NCBI GenBank assembly: GCA_041649115.1
Contig: JBAZNT010000007.1
Coordinates: 16,046-80,045 of the forward strand
DNA: 64,000 nt
DNA from: Candidatus Omnitrophota bacterium
GTDB lineage: Bacteria > Omnitrophota > Gorgyraeia > Gygaellales > Profunditerraquicolaceae
Direction of reading: 5' to 3'
The notes beneath the pieces were generated by a model, which saw only the letters and a program-made list of their open reading frames with translations, searched no databases and was not told the origin of the DNA. Positions within the stretch are counted from its first letter, which is position 1; every line of letters starts with the position of its first letter. Below, in pieces: positions 18,264-29,542 of the stretch. A program made the position numbers and the translations under genes.

Positions 18264-20319
18264 CCCTTCTCCTTCTTATTCTTAGGGACGGTTCTGAAGC
18301 GCGGTTAGAACCGTCCCCTGCAGGGACACTTTTAACCGTAGTTGAGAACCGTCCCTTAAATTCAGCAAGCTGATCGCGCAATTGGGCCGCCTTTTCAAAC
18401 TGCAGGTTTCTGGCAGCCAGTTCCATTTCGTATTCCAACTCCGCGGCATATCTGGCAATCTCGTATTCGTCGCGGGCCTGGCCGGTTAACCCTTCCACAA
18501 AAACCTCCGCCTCTGCTAACTCCTCAATCCCTGAACGTATTTCCTTTTTGATGGAACGCGGGGTGATACTGTTTTTCAGGTTAAAGTCCAATTGCATCTT
18601 TCTCCTGCGATTGCTCTCCGCGATAGCTTTCTTCATCGAACCGGTGACCGTATCGGCGTACATGATAACCGCCCCGTTGATGTTGCGTGCGGCCCGGCCC
18701 GCAACCTGTATGAGTGAAGTGGCGGAACGCAAAAAACCTTCCTTGTCGGCATCCAGTATCGCTACCAGAGAAACCTCGGGAAGGTCCAGCCCTTCCCTTA
18801 AAAGATTTATGCCTACCAGGCAATCAAATTTACTCTCCCTCAAATCGCGCAGTATCCTGCTGCGTTCAATGGTCTGAATTTCACTATGTAGGTATTTTAC
18901 CCTTAATCCCTTCTCCTGTAAATAATCCGTCAGGTCCTCTGCCATGCGCTTGGTAAGGGTAGTTGCCAAGACGCGCTCGTTATTCCTGGCGCGCTTCTGG
19001 ACCTCAGTGATAAGGTCTTCAACTTGATTTGCGATAGGCCGTACCGCAATCTCGGGGTCAAGGAGCCCCGTGGGCCTGATAATCTGCTCGATTACCAGCC
19101 CCCTGCTCTTTTTTATCTCGTATTCGTCGGGGGTAGCAGAAACAAATACCGTTCTTTTGGTAATGTCGTTAAACTCTTCAAATTTAAGCGGGCGGTTATC
19201 CAGGCAGGACGGAAGACGGAATCCATATTCCACCAAAACCTCCTTCCTGGCGCGGTCGCCTTCGTACATCCCCCTTACCTGCGGAAGCGTAACGTGAGAT
19301 TCGTCAATAACGGTAAGGAAATCGGAATCAAAATAGTCAATCATGGTGTAAGGACGCGAGCCGGGGGGACGTCCTGAGATATGACGGGAATAATTCTCAA
19401 TGCCGTGACAATAACCTATCTCTTTAAGCATCTCCATATCATATTTGGTGCGCGATTCCAGGCGTTCGGCCTCCAACAGTTTATTTTTCTTGCGCAAGAA
19501 ACCCAGTTCTTTTTCCAATTCCTCCCTGATGGAAGTAACGGCATTTTCAATCCGGCCCGGAGAAACCAAAAAATGCTTGGCAGGGTAAATTGCCGTTTTA
19601 TCCAAGGAAACAAGCGTCTCGGACGAAACCGGATTAATCCAAGAGATGGACTCGATAACGTTGCCGCAGAAATTGATGCGCAGCGCGTTCTCCTCATAAG
19701 AAGGGAAAACCTCCACTACGTCTCCCCTGACCCTCACCCTCCCGCGCACAAATTCATAATCATTGCGCTCATACTGCATCTGGATGAGGCTTCTTAAAAG
19801 TTCGTCGCGCGCGATCGCCATGCCCTTTTCGATAAAAAGCAGGAGCTCGCGGTAATCCTCCGGAGAACCAAGGTTGTAAAGGCAGGAAACGGAAGCCACC
19901 ACTATCACATCGCTACGCGACATAATGCTGGTGGTAGCGGAAAGCCTCAGGCGGTCAAGACGGTCATTAATAGAGGCGTCTTTTTCAATATAGGTATCGG
20001 TGGAAGGTATGTATGCCTCCGGCTGGTAATAATCATAGTAACTGACAAAATACTCTACGGCATTGCGGGGAAAGAACCCCTTAAATTCAGAATATAACTG
20101 CGCTGCCAGGGTCTTATTATGGGAAATAACGAGGGTCGGCAGCCCCAGGCGGGCAATGACATTGGCCAGAGTAAATGTCTTCCCGGAACCGGTCGCGCCC
20201 AGGAGGGTACGGTATTTATGCCCCTCCTCTGCGCTCTTGGTCAACTCCTCGATAGCCTTGGGCTGGTCCCCGCGAGGCCTCAAACTTGTTTCTAACTCAA
20301 AGGCTTTGGAAGGCATCAA
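18247..20319 (-). CDS. uvrB: excinuclease ABC subunit B
   Basis: 690 aa. GATGSGKT, DESH box, and a C-terminal UVR domain (FEKAAQLRDQL). Confidence 0.95.
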   Translation of the reverse strand: MMPSKAFELETSLRPRGDQPKAIEELTKSAEEGHKYRTLLGATGSGKTFTLANVIARLGLPTLVISHNKTLAAQLYSEFKGFFPRNAVEYFVSYYDYYQPEAYIPSTDTYIEKDASINDRLDRLRLSATTSIMSRSDVIVVASVSCLYNLGSPEDYRELLLFIEKGMAIARDELLRSLIQMQYERNDYEFVRGRVRVRGDVVEVFPSYEENALRINFCGNVIESISWINPVSSETLVSLDKTAIYPAKHFLVSPGRIENAVTSIREELEKELGFLRKKNKLLEAERLESRTKYDMEMLKEIGYCHGIENYSRHISGRPPGSRPYTMIDYFDSDFLTVIDESHVTLPQVRGMYEGDRARKEVLVEYGFRLPSCLDNRPLKFEEFNDITKRTVFVSATPDEYEIKKSRGLVIEQIIRPTGLLDPEIAVRPIANQVEDLITEVQKRARNNERVLATTLTKRMAEDLTDYLQEKGLRVKYLHSEIQTIERSRILRDLRESKFDCLVGINLLREGLDLPEVSLVAILDADKEGFLRSATSLIQVAGRAARNINGAVIMYADTVTGSMKKAIAESNRRRKMQLDFNLKNSITPRSIKKEIRSGIEELAEAEVFVEGLTGQARDEYEIARYAAELEYEMELAARNLQFEKAAQLRDQLAEFKGRFSTTVKSVPAGDGSNRASEPSLRIRRRRDAAGC

Positions 20320-21575
20320 AAGCCATACTGCTTACAAAGTCTGATAATGTCTGGCAGCGCGTCTTTATCCTTTAATTGCCCCAGTGCATAAAGAGCGTTC
20401 GCCTGTAATCTAGGGTCGTTATCAAAAATAGCATGGCGCAAGAACGGGTAGCTAACACTTTCTTTTAATTCTTTAAGCACGGCCGGAGAATCATGATGCA
20501 GCGGGTCAGCGGGATTCTGCAGCGCCTCGATGAAGACCTTCGGTAACCACTTGCCGTTTACGCGGTAATCCAACTCCACATTTTCGCTAAAACCCCTGGT
20601 GTCCCGCGAAACGGACAGCCTTTTACGTAACGTATCGCAAAAATAAGGCTTCAATATGGTTAGGGCACGTGCGCCGTCGCGCCTGACCAGGGTGGGGCTG
20701 TTAGGAGACGTTATATCGCTTAATATTATATTGACAACCCTCGTGTCCTTAAGGTTTGCCAAGGCGATATAAGAGCTTGCGCGGGCATAGGGGCTCGGAC
20801 TCTTGGTATCATTCCAAAGAAGCTGCATGAATTTATTGTTTAGCTTAAATCGGCGCCTCCTCGTTTTGGAAGCGGCCTCATTGGCCAGAGAGCTTAGAGC
20901 GGTCTTAGCTGCCGCACGCACATAAATATCCGAATCATAGAGTCTAAGATTAAGCACCACCACATCCTCTTCGCTGCCTATCTTGCCTAAAGCCATACAG
21001 GCGGCCTGACGCACCTGCGCATTTTCGTCCTTCGCGGCCTTCTTGATATAGATCAAGGCCGGATTGAACTTGTTCTTGCCTAATTGCTCAATTGCCCTTA
21101 TGCGTACGTTGGCATCGTTGCTATCCAACAATACCCGCACCAGCCTAAAGAGATACTTGTCCCCGAGATCCCCAAGCTGCTCCACTGCAAGTACGCGTAT
21201 ATCCGAGCGCCCGTTGTTTAAAAAGTTGAGGAGTTTCTTCTCGTAAGAAGTAACTCCCAATCTAACCAGCGCCTTGGTAGCAAAGATACTTACTAAATAA
21301 TTCCGGTCCCTGCTGGCTATCTCCAGCCAGGGCACGGCATCCTTGCAATTCAATCTGCCCAAGGCATCTGCAGCATAGGCGCGCAGCATAAAATCAGGGC
21401 TCTTTAAGCCCTGGATTAAAACTTCTTTTGCACTCGGGTCTCCTAACCTCCCCAGGGCCTCAAAGGCCTTGCTACAAACCAGTATCCGGGAATAATCGGT
21501 TTCCTCTGCCAACACGGGTAAATAAAAGAGTGCTGCGATAAACGCGAGCGTCACTATCAAGGCCGTTTTTTTCAT
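20316..21575 (-). CDS. secreted HEAT/PBS-lyase-repeat protein
   Basis: 419 aa with a signal peptide and repeated xxVRxxAxxALGxxG units. Confidence 0.65.
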   Translation of the reverse strand: MKKTALIVTLAFIAALFYLPVLAEETDYSRILVCSKAFEALGRLGDPSAKEVLIQGLKSPDFMLRAYAADALGRLNCKDAVPWLEIASRDRNYLVSIFATKALVRLGVTSYEKKLLNFLNNGRSDIRVLAVEQLGDLGDKYLFRLVRVLLDSNDANVRIRAIEQLGKNKFNPALIYIKKAAKDENAQVRQAACMALGKIGSEEDVVVLNLRLYDSDIYVRAAAKTALSSLANEAASKTRRRRFKLNNKFMQLLWNDTKSPSPYARASSYIALANLKDTRVVNIILSDITSPNSPTLVRRDGARALTILKPYFCDTLRKRLSVSRDTRGFSENVELDYRVNGKWLPKVFIEALQNPADPLHHDSPAVLKELKESVSYPFLRHAIFDNDPRLQANALYALGQLKDKDALPDIIRLCKQYGF

Positions 21576-21588
21576 ATCCGCTCCTTTG

Positions 21589-22479
21589 TTAGTTTATCTC
21601 CAAAGATAAATCAAGCGATTCTACGTCCTTGGTTAAAGTCCCCAGCGATATAAAATCAACGCCGCAGGAAGCGTATGAACGCATATTATAGGAGTTAACA
21701 TCGCCGGAGGCCTCGGTCTTAATACGCCTTATCCGGGGTGACGGAAACTTTCTTTTAAGACGTACGGCTTTTTTCATTTCGGAGGGCGGCATATTATCCA
21801 GCATAATGATATCCGGGGCTGCCTCAAGGACCTGATAAAACTCCTTAAGGTTTTTTACCTCTACCTCAATCTTTAGTTTCCCCGCATACCTTCTCCTAAG
21901 CGATGCAATGGCGGATTTTAAATCCGCGGGCCCCTTTCTATTGCATATTGCGATATGGTTATCTTTGAGTAAAAACATCTCATCCAGTCTTTGACGGTGG
22001 TTGAACCCTCCCCCTACCCTAACGGCGTATTTTTCTAATTTCCGCAGCCCGGGGATGGTCTTGCGGGTATCCAGCAACTTTACCTCGCTGGAACCGAGTA
22101 ACCGCACGAACTTCCTGGTGCGCGTAGCAATACCGCAAAGTAAGCCTAAGAAATTCAATGCTACCCTCTCGGCGGTAAGTATGCCGGCAGCCGGTCCGCG
22201 TAATCTCGCCAAAACCTCGCCTTTTTTGATATTTTTGCCGTCCTTTGCCAGACAGGAAAAACTTATCCTTCTGTCCAGGCACTGGAAAACCAGTTTTGCA
22301 ATACCAAGACCGCACGCAACCCCATTATCTTTGGCAATAATTGCCGCGCTGCAGCTAACCCCATCCGGCACAAAATAACCGGTAGTGATATCGCCTCTTC
22401 CGATATCCTCCCTCAAGGCATCTTTTACAATTCTGACTATGCTGCGTTCGCTAATGCAGTTCATTCGACATCCTCTCAA
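21589..22479 (-). CDS. nadC: nicotinate-nucleotide pyrophosphorylase (carboxylating)
   Basis: QPRTase pattern (DTRKTIPGLR, GGGxNHR, LDNM). The start may instead be the ATG at 22464 (MNCISE...), which overlaps the valS stop. Confidence 0.88.
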   Translation of the reverse strand: MRGCRMNCISERSIVRIVKDALREDIGRGDITTGYFVPDGVSCSAAIIAKDNGVACGLGIAKLVFQCLDRRISFSCLAKDGKNIKKGEVLARLRGPAAGILTAERVALNFLGLLCGIATRTRKFVRLLGSSEVKLLDTRKTIPGLRKLEKYAVRVGGGFNHRQRLDEMFLLKDNHIAICNRKGPADLKSAIASLRRRYAGKLKIEVEVKNLKEFYQVLEAAPDIIMLDNMPPSEMKKAVRLKRKFPSPRIRRIKTEASGDVNSYNMRSYASCGVDFISLGTLTKDVESLDLSLEIN

Positions 22480-25138
22480 GACGCTCCATGAGCCTCCGGG
22501 ATTCCTCCAGCCCCGCCCTTTCCTTTTCCACTATTTCCCGGGGGGCCTTACCGGTAAACTCCGGATTTTTAAGCCTTGCCTCTTTGGAGCTAACCGAAAC
22601 GGATAGCTTCTCAATCTTATCCGTAATCTTGGCGCGTTCCCGGCAGGCATCAATGGCGTCGCCTAAACGAAGGTAAATATCGGCATCGGCAGTAGCATCG
22701 CTTACCGTCCCTGCCGGTCTATCTGCAACCCCAAGCATCCCGATGTCACCCAGGCGACCCAGATTCATAATCCAGTTCTTATTCTGCCCTATTGCCTCAC
22801 GCAGGGCGTTATTGTGGGGGTAGACGAAAACGCCGAGCAGCAACTGCGTATCAATCTCGAGTTCGGCTCGCAGGTTCCTCACCGCCTTAATGATACCGAA
22901 GAGCATCTCCATCTCGGATTCAATTCTAGCGTCAATCATGTTCTCCTGCAGGTGAGGCCAGGGGGCAATCATGATGGAATCGCCCTGATGAGGCAATAGC
23001 TGCCAGACCTCCTCGGTGATAAAGGGCATATACGGATGGAGTATCCGCAGGGTCTTCTCAAGCACTTTATACATCACTACCTGATGGCGCTCTTTATTAA
23101 TCTCGGGCTTGATAATCTCCAGGTACCAATCGCAAAATTCATGCCAGAAGAATCCGTAGACGGCATTGACGGCCTCGTTAAGGCGATAATCCCCCATGGC
23201 CTTATTGAACTGCCTGAGAACCGAATAAAACCTGCTTAGTATCCAGCGGTCAGCTAAATCCAAATCCCCTTTTCCGAAAAACTGGCAAAGATCTACCTTT
23301 ATCCTTGAGGTATCAAGGTTCATCACTATAAAACGGGAGGCATTCCAGATCTTATTGGCGAAGTTACGCCCCTGCTCAAACCTCTCCTTTGATAAAAATA
23401 CGTCCTGGCCGTGGCTGGTAAGCGATATAAGGCTGAAACGCAGCGCGTCTGAGCCGTATTCGCCGATGATATCCAGGGGATCAATGATATTGCCGAGCGA
23501 TTTAGACATTTTCCTTCCTTCGACATCACGCACCGTACCGTGGATATAAACTTCCTTAAAGGGTTGCTGATGCATAAATTCAAACCCTGCCATAATCATG
23601 CGCGCCACCCAGAAAAAAATAATCTCGGGGGCAGTCACCAGCGTTGAGGTAGGATAGAAATATTTCAACTCTTCCCTGGCCTTCCTGGCATCGACTGCGC
23701 TATCTGCGGAAAATTTAAACGGCCAGTAAAAGGTGGCAAAAGGCCACAGCCAGGAAGAAAACCAGGTATCCAGGACATCTTCGTCCTGCCGTATCTGTGT
23801 CGAACTGCAGGCAGGGCATTTTTGTGGTTTTTCAATACTGACAATAACCCCTTTATCAGCCCCCGCCTTTTGACAATCGGCACAGTAGTAAACCGGCAGA
23901 CGATGCCCCCACCAGATCTGGCGCGAGATGCACCAATCCTGAATATTCTCCATCCAGTTAAGGTAAACTTTTTTCCAGCGCTCGGGATAAAACTTGACCT
24001 TGCCTTTTTTAACCGCCTCGATCGCCGGGCCTGCCAGGGGCTTCATTTTCACAAACCACTGCCTCGATAAAAACGGCTCGATGATGGTATGGCACCGGTA
24101 ACAATGCCCCGCAGAAATAATATGGGGCTCAACCTTTTCCACTAACCCCGCTGCCTTTAAATCATCCAGGATAGCCTGGCGGGCCTGAAACCTTTCCATG
24201 CCCTGATAACGCCCGGCATGTTCGTTCATGCGGCCGTCGGGTTGCATGACGTTAATAAAATCAAGCTTGTGTTTCTTGCCCAAGGCATAATCTGCGGGGT
24301 CATGCGCCGGAGTCACCTTGACGGCTCCGGTACCAAAGGCCATATCTACGCTGCTATCTGCGATAACCTTGATTTCCTTGTTTAACAAAGGAAGGGCGAG
24401 CGCCCTGCCCATTAATTTCTTATACCTCTTGTCCTTAGGGTTGACCGCAACGGCAGTATCCCCCAGCATCGTCTCCGGGCGGGTCGTTGCTACGGTCAAA
24501 AAATCCGCAGGGTCATCTTTTAATGGATATTTTAAATAATAAAGGCTGCCTTCCAGCTCTTGGTGCGGGGCTTCCTCATCGGCCAGTGCCGTTTGGCAAC
24601 GGGGGCACCAATTGATAATGTAGGTACCGCGATAGATAAGGCCTTTTTGGTAGAGGTCTACGAAAACCTCAAGCACCGAAGCGGAATACTCGGCATCCAT
24701 GGTAAAACGCAGGCGCTGCCAATCGCAGGAGGCCCCCAGGCGTTTCAGCTGCCTGATAATAGTGGAGCCGTGGCGCTCCTTCCAATCCCATACCTTCTCA
24801 ACGAACTTCTCCCTGCCTAAATCCTGGCGCCTCAGGCCTTCTTTGGCAATGGACTTCTCTACTACATTCTGGGTAGCGATACCGGCATGGTCTATCCCCG
24901 GCATCCAAAGCGTCTCTCTGCCGCTCATGCGATGGTAGCGTATCAGGATGTCCTGAATGGTATTATTCAGGGCATGCCCCATATGAAGTATGCCGGTAAC
25001 GTTGGGGGGAGGTATGACTATAGAGAATGGCTTGCGGTCTAAAGCGTCCTGGGCGTGAAAATAACCTTTCTCTTCCCAAAACTTATACCATTTATCTTCG
25101 CAGTCTCTCGGGTTATAACGCGTTGATAACTCATTCAT
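22451..25138 (-). CDS. valS: valyl-tRNA synthetase
   Basis: 895 aa. HMGH (HIGH) and KMSKS motifs, and a C-terminal coiled coil. Confidence 0.96.
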   Translation of the reverse strand: MNELSTRYNPRDCEDKWYKFWEEKGYFHAQDALDRKPFSIVIPPPNVTGILHMGHALNNTIQDILIRYHRMSGRETLWMPGIDHAGIATQNVVEKSIAKEGLRRQDLGREKFVEKVWDWKERHGSTIIRQLKRLGASCDWQRLRFTMDAEYSASVLEVFVDLYQKGLIYRGTYIINWCPRCQTALADEEAPHQELEGSLYYLKYPLKDDPADFLTVATTRPETMLGDTAVAVNPKDKRYKKLMGRALALPLLNKEIKVIADSSVDMAFGTGAVKVTPAHDPADYALGKKHKLDFINVMQPDGRMNEHAGRYQGMERFQARQAILDDLKAAGLVEKVEPHIISAGHCYRCHTIIEPFLSRQWFVKMKPLAGPAIEAVKKGKVKFYPERWKKVYLNWMENIQDWCISRQIWWGHRLPVYYCADCQKAGADKGVIVSIEKPQKCPACSSTQIRQDEDVLDTWFSSWLWPFATFYWPFKFSADSAVDARKAREELKYFYPTSTLVTAPEIIFFWVARMIMAGFEFMHQQPFKEVYIHGTVRDVEGRKMSKSLGNIIDPLDIIGEYGSDALRFSLISLTSHGQDVFLSKERFEQGRNFANKIWNASRFIVMNLDTSRIKVDLCQFFGKGDLDLADRWILSRFYSVLRQFNKAMGDYRLNEAVNAVYGFFWHEFCDWYLEIIKPEINKERHQVVMYKVLEKTLRILHPYMPFITEEVWQLLPHQGDSIMIAPWPHLQENMIDARIESEMEMLFGIIKAVRNLRAELEIDTQLLLGVFVYPHNNALREAIGQNKNWIMNLGRLGDIGMLGVADRPAGTVSDATADADIYLRLGDAIDACRERAKITDKIEKLSVSVSSKEARLKNPEFTGKAPREIVEKERAGLEESRRLMERLERMSNELH

Positions 25139-25152
25139 AAAACTTATCTTTT

Positions 25153-26727
25153 TTATCTTGAGTATCCGCTGTCTTTTAATAACTTGTATTCCACGCTGTC
25201 CAGCAGGGCCTGCCAGGAAGCCTCGATGATATTCTCGGAAACCCCAATAGTGCTCCAGCTTCCTTCTTCGTCCTGGGATTCTATCAAGACGCGCACCCTG
25301 GCAGCGGTCCCTGCCTTTTCGTTCAGGACCCTTACCTTAAAATCCGAAAGGCGCATCCTGGATAAGGCAGGATAGAAGTTCTTCAGGGCCTTGCGAAGCG
25401 CGTTGTCCAGCGCATTAACCGGGCCATCCCCTTCTGCCGCGGTGTGCTCCTTGACGCCTTTGACGCTAAGCTTGATAATCGCCTCGGTGGTTATCTTTCT
25501 GCCAGAATGCTTCTCAACTACTACCTTGAATCCTTCCAACCGGAAGAAATCCCGGCACTGCTTAAGCGCCCTTTTTATCAATAACTCAAAGGAGGCATCC
25601 GCAGCTTCGAAATGATACCCCTGATGTTCCAATTCCTGCATCAGCTTAAGTATCCTTTTTGTCTTAGGGTCATCCTTGGTAAGGTCCAGCTTCATTGCCT
25701 TGGCACGGATAAAAATCCCGGTCTTGCCGGCTAATTCCGAAACCAGTATCCGGCGCTCATTGCCGACCGCGGAAGGCTCGATATGCTCATAGGTCTGGGG
25801 GTTTTTCATCACGGCATTGATATGCACTCCCGCCTTATGCGCAAAAGCCGAAGAGCCCACGTAAGGCTGGTCATTCCTCTCTTTCATATTGCTGATCTCG
25901 CTGATGAAATACGAGATACGCCGCAGGTCTTTTAATTTCTCGTCGCTGATGCAATCTATCCCAAGCTTCAGCTTCATACCTGCGATAATGGGGATTAAGT
26001 CCGCGTTGCCGCATCGCTCGCCGTAGCCGTTGATGGTGCCGTGGACCATGCCGCAGCCCGCCTCAACAGCGGCAATGGAATTGGCAACCGCCAGGCCTGC
26101 GTCGTTATGACAATGGATGCCGAGGCCGCTCTTGATATCCCGCCGCACCTCCCTGATAATACCGCTCATCACGGATGTGAGCGTCCCGCCGTTGGTGTCG
26201 CATAAGATCAACTCTCCAGCGCCTGCCTTACAGGCAGCCTCAAGGCATTTAAGGCTGTAGCTCTTATTAGAAAGGTAGCCGTCAAAAAAATGCTCGGCAT
26301 CAAAAAATACACGGATACCCTCCCCTGCCAAGAAACCGATGCTATCGCGTATCATTCTGAGATTCTCTTCCGGGGTAGTCTTAAGGACATCCCTGACATG
26401 CAGGTCCCAGCATTTACCGAAGATGGTAACTACCTTTGCCCTGGACGCCAGGAGCGCCCTTAGGTTCTGGTCTTCCGCGGCCCTTACGCCGCATTTGCAG
26501 GTAGAACCGAAAGCTACAACCAGGCTGCTCTTAAAATGCCTCTTGGAAATCTTACGGTAAAACTCCATATCCTTGGGGTTCGACCCCGGCCAGCCGCCTT
26601 CAATATAATGAATGCCCAAGGCATCCAGCTCCTCGGCAATACGGATCTTATCCGCTACCGAATAAGAGATCCCCTCTCCCTGGGCACCGTCGCGCAGCGT
26701 AGTATCGTAAATCTTAACCTCGGTCAT
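25153..26727 (-). CDS. cimA: citramalate synthase / 2-isopropylmalate-synthase family
   Basis: Starts MTEVKIYDTTLRDGAQGEG, with GGWPGSNPKD typical of CimA. The start was chosen at the ATG with GGAG 9 nt upstream. The track's N-terminal extension overlaps lysC. Confidence 0.8.
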   Translation of the reverse strand: MTEVKIYDTTLRDGAQGEGISYSVADKIRIAEELDALGIHYIEGGWPGSNPKDMEFYRKISKRHFKSSLVVAFGSTCKCGVRAAEDQNLRALLASRAKVVTIFGKCWDLHVRDVLKTTPEENLRMIRDSIGFLAGEGIRVFFDAEHFFDGYLSNKSYSLKCLEAACKAGAGELILCDTNGGTLTSVMSGIIREVRRDIKSGLGIHCHNDAGLAVANSIAAVEAGCGMVHGTINGYGERCGNADLIPIIAGMKLKLGIDCISDEKLKDLRRISYFISEISNMKERNDQPYVGSSAFAHKAGVHINAVMKNPQTYEHIEPSAVGNERRILVSELAGKTGIFIRAKAMKLDLTKDDPKTKRILKLMQELEHQGYHFEAADASFELLIKRALKQCRDFFRLEGFKVVVEKHSGRKITTEAIIKLSVKGVKEHTAAEGDGPVNALDNALRKALKNFYPALSRMRLSDFKVRVLNEKAGTAARVRVLIESQDEEGSWSTIGVSENIIEASWQALLDSVEYKLLKDSGYSR

Positions 26728-26732
26728 AGCGC

Positions 26733-27962
26733 TCATCTCCTGATAGCTAACCCGAACCTGTCGTGTAACGCCCTCACCGCAGCCTCGGCGAATTTTTTCT
26801 TGATAATGCATGAAATGCTGATGTCTGAAGTGGAAATCATCTCGATATTGGCGTTGTTCTGAGCCATGGCCGCAAACATCTGCGCCGCCACGCCGGGATG
26901 CGACTTCATTCCTACGCCCACTATGGCAATGCGGGCGATATCCTCATCCCTAAATACCTCCCCTGCTTTTATCTCCCGGGCCAGTTTCCTTGTCAGGCGC
27001 ATTGCCCTTGAGACATCCGCTTTATTAACGGTAAAGGAGATATCGGTTGAACGCAGGTGGCTGACATTCTGCACAATCATGTCTACGCTGATACCCTTGC
27101 CGGCAAGTTCTTTAAATAACCTGGCTGCCACCCCGGGCCGGTCAGGGACATTGCAGACAGTAATCTTGGCTTCATTCCTATTTAGGGTTATACCCGTAAC
27201 TACTACATCTTCCATAATCTTCGCCTCCCTAGTAATCATGGTGCCGGGGCGCTCCGAAAAAGAAGAACGCACGTGTATCGGCACATCAAACCTCTTGGCT
27301 ACCTCAATGGAACGAGCCTGCATTACCTGCGCACCGAGCGATGCCATCTCAAGCATTTCATCATAGGTAATTCTTTTGATTTTCCTGGCTTTCGGCTCAA
27401 TGCGGGGATCAGTAGTATAAATCCCCTCAACGTCGGTATAGATCTCGCAACGTTGCGCCTTTAATTCCTTCGCCAGGGCTACGGCAGTCAGGTCTGAACC
27501 GCCGCGCCCTAAAGTGGTGATCTCGTCATCGGCTGTTACACCCTGAAAGCCTGCCACAATCACAATCCTGCCGCGGGAAAGTTCACGCTTGATTCTTTCG
27601 GCATCTACCCTGACGATGCGGGCCTTGGTATGCCCGGTATCCGTAATAATACCTACCTGGCCTCCGGTAAACGATATCGCCTCGCATCCTAATTTATTAA
27701 TGGCCATCGCCAAGAGCGCCACGGATATCTGCTCGCCGGTAGACAGAAGCATGTCTATCTCGCGTTCGGGAGGATTCCTGTCAATCTTATGCGCCAGCGC
27801 CATAAGTTCATCGGTGGTATCGCCGAGGGCCGAGACTACTACCACCAGGTTGTAACCGTTCTTCTTATAACGCACTACCCTCCTGGCGACGTTTTGGATG
27901 CGCTCCACGTTAGCTACGGACGAGCCTCCGAATTTCTGCACCACCAAAGCCTTCTTCTTCAT
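26733..27962 (-). CDS. lysC: aspartate kinase with two ACT domains
   Basis: The real start is [15 protein letters not shown]. Its ATG overlaps the cstA TGA in an ATGA arrangement. The 57-codon upstream extension in the track lies inside cstA. Confidence 0.9.
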   Translation of the reverse strand: MKKKALVVQKFGGSSVANVERIQNVARRVVRYKKNGYNLVVVVSALGDTTDELMALAHKIDRNPPEREIDMLLSTGEQISVALLAMAINKLGCEAISFTGGQVGIITDTGHTKARIVRVDAERIKRELSRGRIVIVAGFQGVTADDEITTLGRGGSDLTAVALAKELKAQRCEIYTDVEGIYTTDPRIEPKARKIKRITYDEMLEMASLGAQVMQARSIEVAKRFDVPIHVRSSFSERPGTMITREAKIMEDVVVTGITLNRNEAKITVCNVPDRPGVAARLFKELAGKGISVDMIVQNVSHLRSTDISFTVNKADVSRAMRLTRKLAREIKAGEVFRDEDIARIAIVGVGMKSHPGVAAQMFAAMAQNNANIEMISTSDISISCIIKKKFAEAAVRALHDRFGLAIRR

Positions 27963-29542
27963 GCCTTCGCCTTCCTCTTTATCACCGCCAGAACGTCGTA
28001 AAGCATTACCCCTGCCAAGGACAAAAGCACGGCCGTTATTACCAAAAGCACGATATCCCTTTGGGCAAAATACCTCGCCCCCTGCAGAAGTAACGCCGCT
28101 ACGGTAGTAATCAATACCGCAAACCCTGCCCATAATGTAAATGCGGTAGTTTTATTTTTCATCAAGAGCCAGCAACTTACCACAAAGAGGGCCAGCGCAG
28201 CCACCAGTTGATTAGCGGCGCCGAATGCCAGCCATATACGGCTCCATTTCCCGCTGAGCGCCAAACCAGCCCCTAAAATTACTATTACAAGTGTTGAGAT
28301 GTAACGGTTCTTTATGCCGAAGAGTTCCTCTGTAATATAACGCTGGATACGCGTGGCAGTATCCAGGGTAGTCAGAATAAAAATATTAAGGATTATGATT
28401 GCGATAAAATGCCCGTGGCTGCCCAGGATAGGCTTGGTAATTATGCCGTAACCTTTGCCAAAAATATTTATCGGCCCCAGCGCCTTCAATGTCTGGCCCG
28501 GGCTTAAAGGGCCGCTGAATAGCACGGCGGTAACCACGATCGCTAATACCGCCACCAACGCCTCAGCTACCATGCCGCCGTAACCGATCCTCCTGGCATA
28601 TCTTTCATTGGCGAGTTGCTTAGATGAGGTGCCGCTGGATATCAAAGAGTGAAAACCCGAAAGCGCTCCGCATGCCACCGTTACGAATAAAGCCGGCCAT
28701 AGATAACCTGCATCGCTCTGCCATCCCTGGTAAGCCGGCATATTAAGCCGCGGAGATGTCAAAACTAACCCCAGGTAACCGCAGGCCACGCCAAAAAACA
28801 AAAAAAAGCTCGAAAGGTAATCTCTGGGCTGAAGAAGAATATTTACCGGCAGAATGGAAGCAAAATAACAATATATTAATAAAACTATTACCCAGATGCG
28901 CACATCCAGATGAATGGTATAGCGGTTCCCGGCAAACATTAACCCCCCGACACAAACCAACCCTAAAACGGTAGCTAAGGCGATGTTAAATCTCGCCTGA
29001 TATACCAGATACCCTACCGCTATTGCCACCGGGATTAAGCCCAGGGAGGGGAGAACGATCCTGGGGTCTTTTACGAATGTATCGGCGCAGAGATAGGCAA
29101 AGACAGCGACTATCAATAATAAGGTCAGCCATAAAAACATGGAGAATATCACTTTGGTGCGCCGCGAAATTACATGGCGGGAGATATCCGCTACGGAAGA
29201 GCCCCCCTCCCTCACCGAGGTAATAAGAGACCCAAAATCATGCACTCCCCCGATAAAAATAGTGCCAAGCACTACCCATAATAAAGCCGGCAACCACCCC
29301 CAGAATATCACCGCAATCACCGGCCCGATCACCGGGCCTGCCCCGGATATGGAAGAAAAATGATGCCCGAAAAGCACCAGCCAGTTTTTTGCCGGGATAT
29401 AATCTACGCTGTCGTATTTTGAAAATGCAGGGGTTGCCCTTTTGGGGTCAACTCCCCAGATGCGCTCTATCCTGCGCGCATAATACCTGTAGCCAAGGAA
29501 TAATAATAACAACGATGGCACCACAATAACTACCGCGCTCAT
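27959..29542 (-). CDS. cstA: CstA-family carbon-starvation / pyruvate-peptide transporter
   Basis: 527-aa polytopic membrane protein. N-terminus has a CstA-like [16 protein letters not shown]. Confidence 0.8.
   Translation of the reverse strand: MSAVVIVVPSLLLLFLGYRYYARRIERIWGVDPKRATPAFSKYDSVDYIPAKNWLVLFGHHFSSISGAGPVIGPVIAVIFWGWLPALLWVVLGTIFIGGVHDFGSLITSVREGGSSVADISRHVISRRTKVIFSMFLWLTLLLIVAVFAYLCADTFVKDPRIVLPSLGLIPVAIAVGYLVYQARFNIALATVLGLVCVGGLMFAGNRYTIHLDVRIWVIVLLIYCYFASILPVNILLQPRDYLSSFFLFFGVACGYLGLVLTSPRLNMPAYQGWQSDAGYLWPALFVTVACGALSGFHSLISSGTSSKQLANERYARRIGYGGMVAEALVAVLAIVVTAVLFSGPLSPGQTLKALGPINIFGKGYGIITKPILGSHGHFIAIIILNIFILTTLDTATRIQRYITEELFGIKNRYISTLVIVILGAGLALSGKWSRIWLAFGAANQLVAALALFVVSCWLLMKNKTTAFTLWAGFAVLITTVAALLLQGARYFAQRDIVLLVITAVLLSLAGVMLYDVLAVIKRKAKA

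Noticed and set aside
26728-26811. N-terminal extensions in the ORF track for cimA (28 codons), lysC (57 codons, 27963-28133) and acsC (21 codons, 56679-56741).
   Set aside because: The extensions overlap the upstream genes. Conserved N-termini with proper SD sequences begin at internal ATGs.
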